From Octopus vulgaris (lineage: Eukaryota): 64,000 nt of DNA. The stretch covers positions 65,844,001-65,908,000 of the forward strand of contig OX597819.1 in the NCBI GenBank assembly GCA_951406725.2, in the 5' to 3' direction. Within the stretch, counting starts at the first letter, position 1. Every line of letters starts with the position of its first letter. The notes below the pieces were generated by a model, which saw only the letters and a program-made list of their open reading frames with translations, made no database searches and was not told the origin of the DNA. Made by a program: the position numbers and the translations under genes. Positions 1 through 12,594 of the stretch are shown here, piece after piece.

Positions 1-387
1 CCCTTAGTGTTTGACGATTTGTACATCTCTGACCACGAGCAGAAGTAGTGGGGGAGCATCATAGCCGTGTGTTGACAGGAATTCTTAGCGGTTTGGATAA
101 TTCACCTTTGGAAATATCGGTGTTTCGTTCAACATCCTTAAACAATCCTTATTCAGGGACCTTTAGAACGGGATGAACTACTCGACCGGAAGAAAATTCT
201 AACTGGGCCCCACCTGCAAGGTCATGCGCTGTTTATCTTGATATGAGATCACCATGTCACGCACATTTCGTTGTGATGCATGTGCCTGGTGTACCCTTAT
301 CAGACGGGTAGTAATGATGGGTATACTAGGCTTCGTATATTTTACCCCAGTGTCACTTTGATGGCATGCACTTCTCTTTCTCACTCA
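1..387 (+). repeat. Repeat family A (~550 bp, (AAT)n-tailed), 3' part, cut by window edge
   Basis: Aligns to the 8405-8957 copy from CCCTTAGTG onward; ends ...CTCACTC followed by (AAT)n. Confidence 0.9.
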
Positions 388-396
388 ATAATAATG

Positions 397-434
<38 letters not shown>

Positions 435-503
435 GAGGAGAATAATAATAATAATAATGATAAGAAGAAGAAGAAGAATGACGACGAGGATGATGATGAT
501 GAT

Positions 504-788
504 CCTGATACAGTGCAAGGCAGTGACTCTCACGGCTTCTGATCTTAACTGATTGGAAGTGTTATCATGTGCATTGTTTTGTCTTGATATAAAAGACGGG
601 CTATAGCAAATATTCTGCTCAATACCACAGATTTGCTTGTCAGATGTTTGACCTTAACCAGTTGAGCATATCCCTTAGTGGCTGACGATATGTGCATCTC
701 TAATCACGAGAAGAAATAGTGGGGGAAGCATCATAGCCATGTGCTGGGAGGGATTCTTTGGAGTTTGGATAATTTGCCTTTGAAGACA
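504..788 (+). repeat. Repeat family A, 5' half
   Basis: CCTGATACAGTGCAAGGCAGTG...GGCTTCTGATCTTAACTGATTGGAAGTGTTATCATG matches the start of the 8405 copy. Confidence 0.9.
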
Positions 789-1530
789 TTGTCTAGTCAA
801 TCACGTGATCACACGATTACCCAATTCTGTCATACACTTCCATTGTATAAAAGCTTCAATTCTGTTATAAGATGTATTCTTTCTTGCCTAAATCTGAATA
901 TTTCCAGTCCATGTAATTAATTATTGCTAACCAAGCTTCACATATTATGCAGACCCTCAGCGATGCCCAGTTATTCACCTTGATTGCAATTATTTTTGCA
1001 CTGTTTTTAGCGAAAATGTTTCTCTCCTATACTCCAATAATAATTGATTTAGTCTTGGCTTTGAGTCTTGTACTTTTCATCGATTTCTGTTTCATGCCTA
1101 CTTAATCCTTTACCAAATAATCTGAGCTTGGAGTCAAACTGTTTTTTAACTACTAATTGCTGGTAAGGGCTCAATATTTCGTTCTGCAACCATAATATGC
1201 TGCCAAGTACATTAAAAGCTTGTAAGTCAGTTCTGTTAGTGGCGCGGTTCAATCATTTTTTAAAAAGTATCTCAACAGATTCTCTTCAGAACTTACAGCT
1301 GCGATCGCATTATTTACATAAACATATTCGTATATGAAACGCCGTAACTTTCAGGATTTGCTGTAATTTCTATAGAAAATTCGTAAAGATAAGCCTAAAA
1401 GGTGATATGTTTTAATATGTTATATTTATTTATTTATTTTATTGGTGTTCAGAAACAAAGCAACACCAGTTTTCAAACGACGTGGTTAGAACCACACACA
1501 GAAAGATACATACGTGCACACACACATACT

Positions 1531-1891
1531 CCATGCTGGAGCACCGCCTTTCGTCGAACAAATCGACCATAGGACTTATTTTTTTGTAAGCCTAGTACTT
1601 AAACTATCGGTCGCTTTTGCCGAACCGCATCTGTTCAGCATCTGTTGTCAAGCGATGTTGGGGAGACAAACACAGACACACAAACATATATATATATATA
1701 TATATACATACATACATACATACATACATATACAACGGACTTCTTTCAGTTTCCGTCTACCAAATCCACACTGCTTTGGTCGGCCCAAGGCTATAATAGA
1801 AGACACTTACCCACGTTGCCACGCAGTGGGAGTGAACCCGGAACCGTGTGGCTAGTAAGCAAGCTTCTTACCACACAGCCACTCCTGTGCC
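1531..1891 (-). mobile_element. tRNA-derived SINE family B (CORE-like, internal TA/CA microsatellite)
   Basis: Minus strand GGCACAGGAGTGGCTGTGTGGTAAG head, GGTTCA B-box-like motif, GGGTAAGTGTCTTCT CORE-like block, tail ...GGTGCTCCAGCATGG; many copies in window. Confidence 0.9.
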
Positions 1892-2014
1892 TATGGTGAC
1901 TTTTTTATTTAATTGTGAACACACCGTTCTTCCTTCAGTCTGGTTGACTGCGATTTAGCGAGAGTAATTTATTTAATGTGTTCTGTAATTTCAGGTATTT
2001 CATATTTATATTTT

Positions 2015-2432
2015 CTGACTGAGTAGTTAAGAAACTCCGTTTACAAGCTCGTGCTTCTTGGTTCAGTTTCACTACGCAGAAACTTAAATGAGTGTCATCT
2101 GCATTAGCTTCGGCTTGACCAATGCCTTATGAATGAATTTGGTCGACAGAAATTGTGTGAAGCCCATCCTACATAGGTGTGTATGTATGTGTGTGTGTGT
2201 TTGTATATGTGCGCGTGAGTGCGTGTGTATCATTCTGTTTGTGCTTCTAACCACGATGTTTGAAAACTGGTGTTGCTTTGTTTCTGTCCACGAATCTTAG
2301 CTATTCGTCAACACAAAGTGATAGAATAAATACCAAACTTCAAAGCACGTGCTGGAATCGAGCTCTTCCACTAAATGTCTTTCAAAATGATGCTATAGCA
2401 TGGCCGCAGTCCAATGACTGATGCAAATAAAG
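2015..2432 (+). mobile_element. SINE family B, diverged copy
   Basis: Degenerate head, GGTTCAGT, internal (TG)n, tail GCATGGCCGCAGTCCAATGACTGA. Confidence 0.8.
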
Positions 2433-3554
2433 GATAAAGCAAAACGTTATCTTTACCCCAGTCCAGCTTCTTACAGTTGTAGCCTATCTTTAATGGTTTT
2501 ATTTCAGATTCAGAAAAGCTTTCTTTTATTTTCCCAGTTGTACTCTTGTTGTCTTTGGTCGTCATATAAATATATAAGCACTTGTGAGCGTGTACCTATT
2601 TTCTTTTCTAACCGTTGTAACTGCTGCATAAAGTACATCGTTTAATCTGGTGATATTGATGTTCGTGTCTGTTTTCATTAAACCTGTGACAGCTAATTTC
2701 GTTTCCATCTTTATTATTCTAATGTTCTTTTTCTTTTATCGATAATTTTATCCTTGAAAGGTACTTACGTCGATTTTTATGAAGGTCTTTATTTTAATCT
2801 TTTAATTATTTTTCCTTTCTAGATTTTCCTGATCATGATCTATCTTTTGAAATGCCAGTTCTCAAATACGATTTTTTCTTAGTCAGTATTCAGTGATTGT
2901 TCGAGAATGTTTTATAGTGTATTCTAATTTATTTACATTAATTGTGTTGCACTAGTTACACATATGTTTAACGGTTACGCCCCAACTCCTGATATTTTTT
3001 TAATTTCAACTCTTTATTTTCTGTTCGTTATTTGCGCTTGTGACATTTATTCATATACGATTCTGCTCAATTTTTATTCAATTTCCTTTGTTATATTTGA
3101 GGATATATTTTACTTAAATAAATGTCCTATTCAAATTAACATTTCCCTTTACATTCGTTCTAAATTCTAAAAATATTTCTTGCACTTCAGCTTTAAAGTA
3201 AGAAATCATTAATGTAGGTCTGAAATGAATTTCTTTAGCGTGTATTCCTTACCAGATTTATTTGTAACGCAATAGAATGAGCTCTGTTCGGGTACAAGCT
3301 TTTCTTCGACAGTTGGTAACAAGTGGTCACCAAATCACAAAATACTAAATACTCTTAATATACTTTTCTTATATGATAAATTGTATAATAACTTTTTAAA
3401 TTCTTAGTTGCGTAATCTTCTAGCCATTTTTCTTTTCCAATTTTAGACATTCGGTGGTTTTTGAGTAATTATTGTTTATATCGGATGGTTTTTTTAGAAG
3501 AGTCAAGCAACTTTCTCTCGTGATAAAAATCTATATATTATTATAATTATTATT

Positions 3555-4091
3555 GAGTGAGAGAGAAGTGCATGTCATCAAACTGACACTGGGGAAAATA
3601 TACGAAGCCCAGTATACCTATCATGACTACACGTCTGATAAGGTTACACAAGGCACATGCTACACAACAATATGTGCGCGACATGGTGATCTCAAATCAA
3701 GATAAACAGTGAATGACATTGCAGGTGGGGCCCGGTTAGAATTTTCTTCTGGTCGAGTAACCCATCCCGCTCAAAACGTCCCTGAATAAGGGTTGTTTAA
3801 GGATGTTGAACGAAATACCCACGTTTCCACTGGTGAATTATTCAAACATCAAAGAATCCCTCTCAACACATGGCTATGATGCTCCCCTACCATTTCTGCT
3901 TGTGATCAGAGATGCACATATCGTCAGCCACTAAGGAACATGCTCAACTTGTTACGGTCAAACAGCTGACAAGCAATTCTGTGGTATTGAGCAGAATACT
4001 TACTGTAGCCCATTTTTTATACGAATACAAAACAATGTACATAATAACACTTCCAATCAGTTAAGATCAGAAGCCACGAGAGCCACTGCCT
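3555..4091 (-). repeat. Repeat family A, near full-length
   Basis: Reverse complement of 8405-8957; (TTA)n on both sides. Confidence 0.9.
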
Positions 4092-4639
4092 ATTATTATT
4101 ATTATTATTATTAGTAGTAGTAGTAGTTTTAGTAGTAGTAGTAGTGTTGGTGGTGAAGAATTATTGTTGATATTATTACCTAAATAAAAAGCATGTTTAT
4201 CATCGGAAGCTCAATAAACACTCCTAGAATATTCAGCGTTTTCATATCAAACAGTTTTAAAATCGTTTGTTCTCACTTTCACAATATATTCATGTCCATA
4301 TTATCTCTCTCCCCTGCCTCTCTCCTCTCCTCTCTCTTTCTTTCCCTGTCTGTGCCACTCATATATATATATATATATATATATAAACCCATTGAAATAT
4401 AGACAAGCTAGACAAAAATGTTGATATATATACATATATACACTTATATATTAAAGATATGCATATTTGTTATTCACATATAAATATGCCATATGCATAC
4501 ACAAAGATGTATCTATATATATTAATATGCATACATGTATATATATATGTGTGTGTCTACTTGCGATTGTATGTGAGCAAGGTTCAGGTTTATATATATA
4601 TAAGATATATATACTTACACACACACACCCATGTAAATA

Positions 4640-4674
<35 letters not shown>

Positions 4675-4741
4675 TAAAATACATAAATGTATATATATAT
4701 GTGTGTATGTCTACCTGTGATAGTATGTGTGCAAGGTTCAG

Positions 4742-4780
<39 letters not shown>

Positions 4781-4946
4781 CACACACATATACATATACA
4801 TGTATATATTTACATATACGTATATATATATGTGAGTGTGTGTGTATATATACATATATATATACATATATATTAATATATATATGTATATGTGTGTGTG
4901 TGTGTATACATATATATATACATATATATTAATATATATATGTATA

Positions 4947-5001
<55 letters not shown>

Positions 5002-5544
5002 GAATAGAGAGAGTGGGGAGAAATATGTAAATATATGCATACGTACATATATATTGAAAAGAAATACGAATTTAAGGTTGAGTTTGCAGATGAACACACC
5101 TTAGATTTTCTATCTACTGGGTGTGTCCGTGTGTGTGTCTGAGTATCTGTACATGTTGTGTTATGCAATTACAAAAAACGGGCATAAAAAGAATGAGAGA
5201 AAAATCTAGAAAAAAGACGGGAAAACACATGAGCAAAAGAGAAAGCAAGAAAAACTAAAGATGTTTTGGAAGAAAACCAAAGAAATACGAAGAAGAAAAC
5301 TAAAGCAGATTATGGACATGTGAGGACTTCATGAATTATATCATTTGGCGTTAATAAAAGACCTTTGCATCGTGTGTGAGAACGCCTAAGCACTAGGTAA
5401 CCTCGTCTAGTGTTCTTTGAAGTTAAAATATGGCGGACGAAGATGTTGAAAGCCTCTTTAATAAGACTCTCTTGTTCCCGCCTTCCCACGACATCGGAAC
5501 AGCGGGCATTCTCTGAGACTCCGCCTATAACGTGTGCAATAACA

Positions 5545-5583
<39 letters not shown>

Positions 5584-5646
5584 GTATATTTGAATACATA
5601 AATACACACACACATATATATATATATAGATAGATAGATAGATATT

Positions 5647-5700
<54 letters not shown>

Positions 5701-5719
5701 TACATACGTCTTATACATA

Positions 5720-5766
<47 letters not shown>

Positions 5767-5988
5767 CGTGTGTGTGTATTCAAACATATGTATATGTGTA
5801 TACATGAACATATACATACATGTGTGCGCCACTGCGTGTGCTTTACTATAACATGTCTCATTTATTTCATTTCTCTAATCTCTCTTTCTTTATCTCCTTC
5901 ATTCATTTTGTCTTATTCGGGGTTTTTTCTATTCATGGGAAAAATACATTTTGAATAAATTCACCTCTACTACAAAAATAATCACTTT

Positions 5989-6035
<47 letters not shown>

Positions 6036-6109
6036 CATACATATACATATGTCCATGTATATATATATATACATATATATATGTATGTATATATATATAT
6101 ATATGTATG

Positions 6110-6150
<41 letters not shown>

Positions 6151-7279
6151 GGACAAAGGCATATAAATATGCATACATGTACATTTATACATACGTGTCT
6201 TTCTATTATTGTGTGAGTGTGTGTGTGTGCGTGCGTGCCTGTGTGTTCGTGTCTGTGTGTGTACACGTATTTAATGTGTAGACACCTGAGGCACATTGAG
6301 ATTAGATTTGTAATACTTTGAAATTAAATCTATAATTTGAAAAGAGAGAAAATAGTGAAAGAGAAAATTGGATAAATGATGATGATAATGGCAATAATCA
6401 ATGATGGCGTTGGTACGGCTGGTGGGTGGGAGTGTCACGATTACTATTATCATCATCATCATTATTTTCATTTTCACTTTTATTTTTATTTTTATTATTA
6501 TTATCATCATTGTTGTTGTTACGATAATGACTAGTAGAAAAAAATACAGAAAGAGATATTATGGCAGAAAACTGAGATATTTAACGGCTACAATTGCAAT
6601 TGAAATACTACTACAAATATTAATATTTGCAAACGCAACATTTTGCTAATGCATTTTGCCACGAGGGAAAACCAGACGCAAACTTTACTATACGATGTAA
6701 TCTGTGTCAAACGCCATATAATTAAACGCGTAATCCACTCTAGCGATCATACACGGCGCGAGGCGAATTTCACCCATTCACATACACATATATTCACAAG
6801 TGCATACGAGTGTAATAATATCTAAATTTGAAATAGTCTTCTTATCACGTATAATAAGTGTTGCATTTGAATAAATGACGCAGTTATATAGCGTAGAACG
6901 TTTATATAATGCAGACACTGATTTTAAATTTGAAAACTTGAGTTAAGTCTTCGTCAGACAAAATTCTGTTCAATGGTAACTGTTTCACTAGTTTCCCAAA
7001 TTTAAAGCTTGTCGCACAAACATGTACTTGATGGATCACGTCATCATATATGCTTCTACTTCCTCGATTTTGCAAACATTTGTTGCTGTCCAGCTTAAGA
7101 AGTACATCGCAGCTACCGATTACATAAGTGTGTGTGTGTATGTGTGTGAGGCATCTGAGTAATAAACCTTTTGAACTACCACTGCCCGAAATGTACAAAA
7201 TACAAGGTAGAAGTGCAACTTAGTTGCTTTGTTTTCCTTCCGTAGTTTACTTTGTACGACTTTAAACAAATACATTCAT

Positions 7280-7341
<62 letters not shown>

Positions 7342-7968
7342 TAGGTTTTAAGGTAAAAAAAAAGCACAGAAGTCTTAGTTTCTACAGAGTCAATCGCTTT
7401 TTCTTCTTTAATCATATCTCAATGTTATGAAATCATAATAAGTTTTTGCTTTAATCTTGCGTAGATGCAGGTAAGTTACAGTCTTGCGGTTATACAGAAG
7501 AGTGTAGCTCAAGGAGGGTAATCAGTAAATATAATGTTTACATAGATCAACGGGAGATACTACGTCATGAAAGGGTATAACAGAGAATATGTAATAGAAA
7601 TTAGAGAAATAAACAAATAATTAGAGAAATAAAGAACAAACAAATAAATAAATGTTTGGAATCCCAAATGGCGAGGCAGTCCACTTAGGGTAATCTGGGA
7701 TAAACCCCATGCAAAAACCTCAAGGTATCCACAAGGTATGGGAAAAAGCCCTCGCCCAGTTTCTTTCCTCCTGCTTAGAAAAGCATATTCAGAGTCGGTC
7801 CATTCAGTCTCACCATTCTTGCATCTGCTGATCACCTTTTGATAAGGCCATCAACTTCAGGGTAGGGGCAAATCAAGTGCGTGGATCCCGAACTCAAAAG
7901 CTACTTATTTTATCGACCCCGAAACAGATTCCCTGATAGAAAATTAGATTTACAACACCTCCTGAGCT

Positions 7969-8349
7969 TTCCCTATAAAGAGTCGTCGTACTTTTGAAGC
8001 AAAAATACCACCCATGATTATAGAGGACAGAATAAACAAATTGTGTAAGATCATAGACTTTGCAATTTCCTATGAAAGCATGGTTTATAACAAAGAAATT
8101 GAAATTATTGGGAAATGCCAGGATCTAGCTAGAGAGCCAAAAAGTATGTGGGAGACCAGGAAAACAGTTGTTGTTGTAGTTAGTAATTGTTGAGGTAAAA
8201 GACTGAAAGAGACTGCAAATGATACTTCGTGAAAAAGTACCATCCTATATTCTGTAAGAATTCTTGGGGAGATTCTTGAGATTTGAGGACGCTTGTTGTC
8301 AACAATCATCTACATAATGTACCTGCTAACTAAATTATGATACTGTATT

Positions 8350-8350
<1 letters not shown>
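7969..8350 (+). mobile_element. 5'-truncated non-LTR retrotransposon, restriction-like endonuclease (R4/Dong-like) C-terminus, degenerate
   Basis: Hand translation FPIKSRRTFEAKIPPMIIEDRINKLCKIIDFAISYESMVYNKEIEIIGKCQDLAREPKSMW... then KSTILYSVRILGEILEI*, a decayed RxPD..IID..KE.EK..KY.DL..E...W RLE motif; followed by (AAT)n. Confidence 0.75.
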
Positions 8351-8402
<52 letters not shown>

Positions 8403-8404
8403 TG

Positions 8405-8957
8405 CCCTGATGCAGTACCAGGCAGTGGCACTCATGGCTTCTGATCTTAACTGATTGGAAGTGTTATCATGTACATTGTGTTGTCTTCGTATAAAAGATG
8501 GGCCACAGCAAATATTCTGCTCAATACCACAGATTTGCTTGTTAGTTGTTTGACCTTAATCAGTTGAGCATGTCCCTTAGTGGCTGACGATATGTGCATC
8601 TCTGATCACGAGCAGAAGTAGTGGTGGAGCATCATAGCCATGTGTTGAGAGGGATTCTTTGGGGTTTGAATAGTTCACCTCTGGAAACATAGATGTTTCG
8701 TTCAACATCCTTAAACAACCCTTATTCAGGGATCTTTTGAGCGGGATGGGCTACTCGAGCAGAAGAAAATTCTAACTGGGCCCCAACTGCAATGTCATGT
8801 GCTGTTTATCTTGATATAAGATCACCATGTCGCGCATATATTGTTGTGTAGCATGCGCCTGGTGTACCCTTATCAGATGTGTAGTCATGATGCGTATACT
8901 GGTCTTCGTATATTTTACCCCAGTGTCACTTTGATGGTATGCACTTCTCTCTCACTC
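8405..8957 (+). repeat. Repeat family A, full-length, embedded in (AAT)n
   Basis: Four homologous copies within 9 kb; (AAT)n at 8352-8400 and 8958-9012. Confidence 0.9.
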
Positions 8958-9016
<59 letters not shown>

Positions 9017-9624
9017 TAACAACAACATCATTATCAGAAGCACAATTTTCATTATATTTAGCTGATTTTATTATTGCTTGTGGTGATGATAGCTTTGTTT
9101 GTTAGTAACCTCAACAATATGCGCTTTTTATAGTTGATATGGTATTCTATAATCCGATGGATTCCGTGCTACGCGGAACGATATTCAGGTGTGGATTGCG
9201 TTAATAGAAAGATAGACCTTTACTACTGATATTTTTCTCAGTTAAGTAAAGAAAACAACAATATTTTAATTCACGAAGCAAAATTGTATTTCTACCTTTC
9301 AATATTTTTAAAATAGCAAGTAACATAGGATACACCCCCATATATTACAGAAATTAAAAAAACAAAATTTATCCAAAAGTATCCAAAAATATAGCACAAA
9401 TAATTGTAACTTTAAAATGCAATACCGGAAATAATGTAATTTTCAGCGGTAAAAATTATCTCACATCAGAAAAAACTTCAAAATTCTAGGGACTAAAATA
9501 ATAGCAATGTGCTTCCGTTGCCATTAATGACGGTATTTTCAGTAAGAGGACACAAAAATACGACTAAATCCAATGTTTCTGTAGTTAAACTTCTATGACG
9601 GAAGCGGAGCAGCAGCAGCAGCAT

Positions 9625-9672
<48 letters not shown>

Positions 9673-9990
9673 AAGGAGGTGGACCACGTCCATGACTACG
9701 ACGGCGGCGACGATGAAGTCGACGACAAGGAGGAGGATGATGGAGAAGAGGAGGATGGGATGAAGATAATCATGATGAAGATAATGATAATGATGACGAC
9801 GAGGTGGGGGAACGGATTAAGCGAAGATAACAAGTGGAAGACGACTAGACAGAAACATACGTAGAAAACTGTCACCCTTTAAAATACACCACCTGAAATC
9901 TTTGACAGACTTTATTCACCAAAAATACAGAGAGGTAAAAATTTTACGCAATTAGAAATCCGCTATTAAGTATCCATTCTAATAATATAA

Positions 9991-10248
9991 CCATATAGCG
10001 TAGTGGTTAAGAGCGCGGGCTACTAATCCCAAGATTCCAAGTTCGATTCCAGGTAGCGACCTGAATAATAATAATAAGAAGAAGAAGAATAACAACAACA
10101 ACATCGAAAAATACCTTAGGTATGAGAACCCTGGTTCGAAATTTCCCCAAGACACCTCAAGAAGGCTGGAGGGTATATCAGCCGAAACGTTGTGTTAACA
10201 ACAAACAAAATGAGGACAAATATCCGTCGAATGTAGATAATGTAAATA
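9991..10248 (+). mobile_element. SINE family E: tRNA-like head + (AAT)n spacer + hammerhead-like 3' module
   Basis: A-box TAGCGTAGTGG, B-box GTTCGATTCC, (AAT/AAG)n, then GACAC-CTCAAGA-A-GGCTG..CAGCC-GAAACGTT-GTGTT; homologs at 24251 and 42275. Confidence 0.85.
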
Positions 10249-10329
10249 AATAACCAAATGTTTAGTAAAGTGCAATAACAGTATTGCAGTATCGACCAGG
10301 CCATCACATACAGCTCTTATACACCGCTG

Positions 10330-10740
10330 GTCACAATCCGGTTCCAATTCTTTCTTGATTCCACCATTCGTTTCCATCTTGACCAAAATTGTTTAGCTAC
10401 AACGTCTTTCCATCGCTGTGAGGTCCTTCTATATGGTCTTTTTTATCTCTTGGATACCACTCAGCAACTGCCAACTGCATAAGCCCATATGTGGTCTTTG
10501 AACCTTGCGATATGTCCGGCCCAAGCGAATTTCTGCTTTCGGTATTCTGCGATCTGATTGCTTACTCTGCTCTTTAATCATATTATATTTTGAGTATGCT
10601 CTCCTAATGATATTCCTAGCATGGATCTCTCCATAGCAACTTTGAATTGTAGCTAATCAATGCCCTCTCCTTTTCTTAGTAGTCTACGTCTCACTTGCAT
10701 ATAAGTGTTGCAATAAAAGTAACGGATTTAACAAGATTTA
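10330..10740 (-). mobile_element. RTE-clade LINE remnant (ORF C-terminus, frameshifted)
   Basis: Minus-strand hand translation gives LYASET*, AMERSMLGISL, KQKFAWAGHIARFKD, EWYPRDKK, QRWKD, typical of RTE RT C-termini. Confidence 0.85.
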
Positions 10741-11234
10741 ACAAATACGTATTGGAGTCAATTTATTCGATGAAAGCCTTTAAGGCAGTATACCAGCATC
10801 GCCATAGACCAATAACTGGAACAAATAAAAGTTAACAAAGAAGCGTGACAAAATCTCGCAAAGTATTGAAGGTCTCAAAGCTGAGACAGAGAGTATCCTT
10901 GACTTCTGCACGAGAGCAAATCACTCTTAAAAGAACCATATACCGCATGTGATAGAGCAGGTTATGTTAAGTGACTATATAATATGACGTAGCTTATGGA
11001 TTCCTATCTTATCCAAGAAAGACCACAGCTTATCCAAGAAAGCACATATCTGTAGACATAGCAGATATGAGACTTTGATGCACAGGATGTTACTCCAGTA
11101 TTATGAAATGTAAGCAGAAAAGGGTTGGTATAAACATGCAATAGAAGGAGTTTCAGAAAATGAGAATACGGAAATGCGTTTGTAGATGCCAATCGAGATA
11201 CACAGAGAGATGAAGTCTATTACGTTAGATAATC

Positions 11235-11621
11235 TTTTCTACTATAGGCACAAGGCCCGAAATTTGGGGGCAAGTGAGGCAGTCGATTAGATCGACCCCA
11301 GTACGCAACTGGTACTTTATCGATCCCGAAAGGATGAAAGGCAAAGTCGGCCTCGAAGGGAATTGAACTCAGCACGTAACGGCAGACGAAATACCTATTT
11401 CTTTACTACCCACAAGGGGCTACACACAGAGGACAAACAAGGACAGACAATCGGATTAAGTCGATTATATCGATCCCAGTGCGTAACTGGTACTTAATTT
11501 ATCGATCCCGAAAGGATGAAAGACAAAGTCGACCTCGGCGGAATTTGAATTCACAACGTAACGGCAGAAATACCGCTAAGCATTTCGTCCGGCGTGCTAA
11601 CGATTTTGCCAGCTTGCTGCC
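11235..11621 (-). mobile_element. SINE family C (tRNA head, Nin/Deu-like domain), two tandem units with different tails
   Basis: Minus strand GGCAGCAAGCTGGCAAAATCGTTAGC head, TTCAAATTCCGCCGAGGTCGACTTTG..TTTCATCCTTTCGGGATCGATAAA core present twice. Confidence 0.9.
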
Positions 11622-12266
11622 TTCTGTCTGGACAGATATTGTTATCAAAAACACACCAACAAAAGAAATGCCTTCTAATTGCTGCAGCACTCTCAATTGA
11701 TAACTTGCCAGTCTGAGGAATTGAAACTTTTTACCAAACTTGAAAAATGTAGGAGTATATGAGATGTTCAAACAAGAAGTGCCTACAAAAACTTATAAAA
11801 AATACATAACCAAATTGCCAAGGATCTAAAAATATGCACACAATTCAGAATATTGTAATATATGCCACTGCACATACATTGTATAGGGTTATATGTATAT
11901 ATGCACGTATGAATGACTGACTGAATGAAAGAATGGGTGTATGAGTGAATGACTATATGTATGTAGGTAGGTAGATATCTTGTCTGGAGGAGGTAGTTTC
12001 CCTTACACCACAAAAATGCTATTGGAATCTGCTTAGCTGTTACAGGGCGGATACTCTACTCTTTCGATTCACCAAATATTTCCTGAACTAGTGTGCGTGG
12101 GCCTCAGGCACATAAATGATTGAATAGTAATTACAAGAAACAACAAGGAATTTCTAATAAATACATATAAATGCGAAACTTCGTGCATTCGAAACCACAC
12201 ACATATGGGTGTGCATGCATGCAGGATATGCATGATTACATGAACGCATATATGTGTATCATCATA

Positions 12267-12337
<71 letters not shown>

Positions 12338-12549
12338 TGTGTATAAGTATATAGGTGTGCGTGTAAGTATACATATGTATTGGTATATATGCAAGTATTT
12401 AAATCTGTCTCTATATGAATTAATGTAGGTATATTTATGAGTATACATATTAATAAAGAGAGATAAATTGATAGATAGATAAATAGATAGATGTGTATAT
12501 ATATGGATTTATAAACACACACGGGTGTACACATACACACACGCAAATG

Positions 12550-12594
<45 letters not shown>

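Noticed and set aside
2520-3530. Possible decayed retroelement ORF on the minus strand
   Set aside because: Strand-biased composition, but I could not recover any diagnostic protein motif by hand
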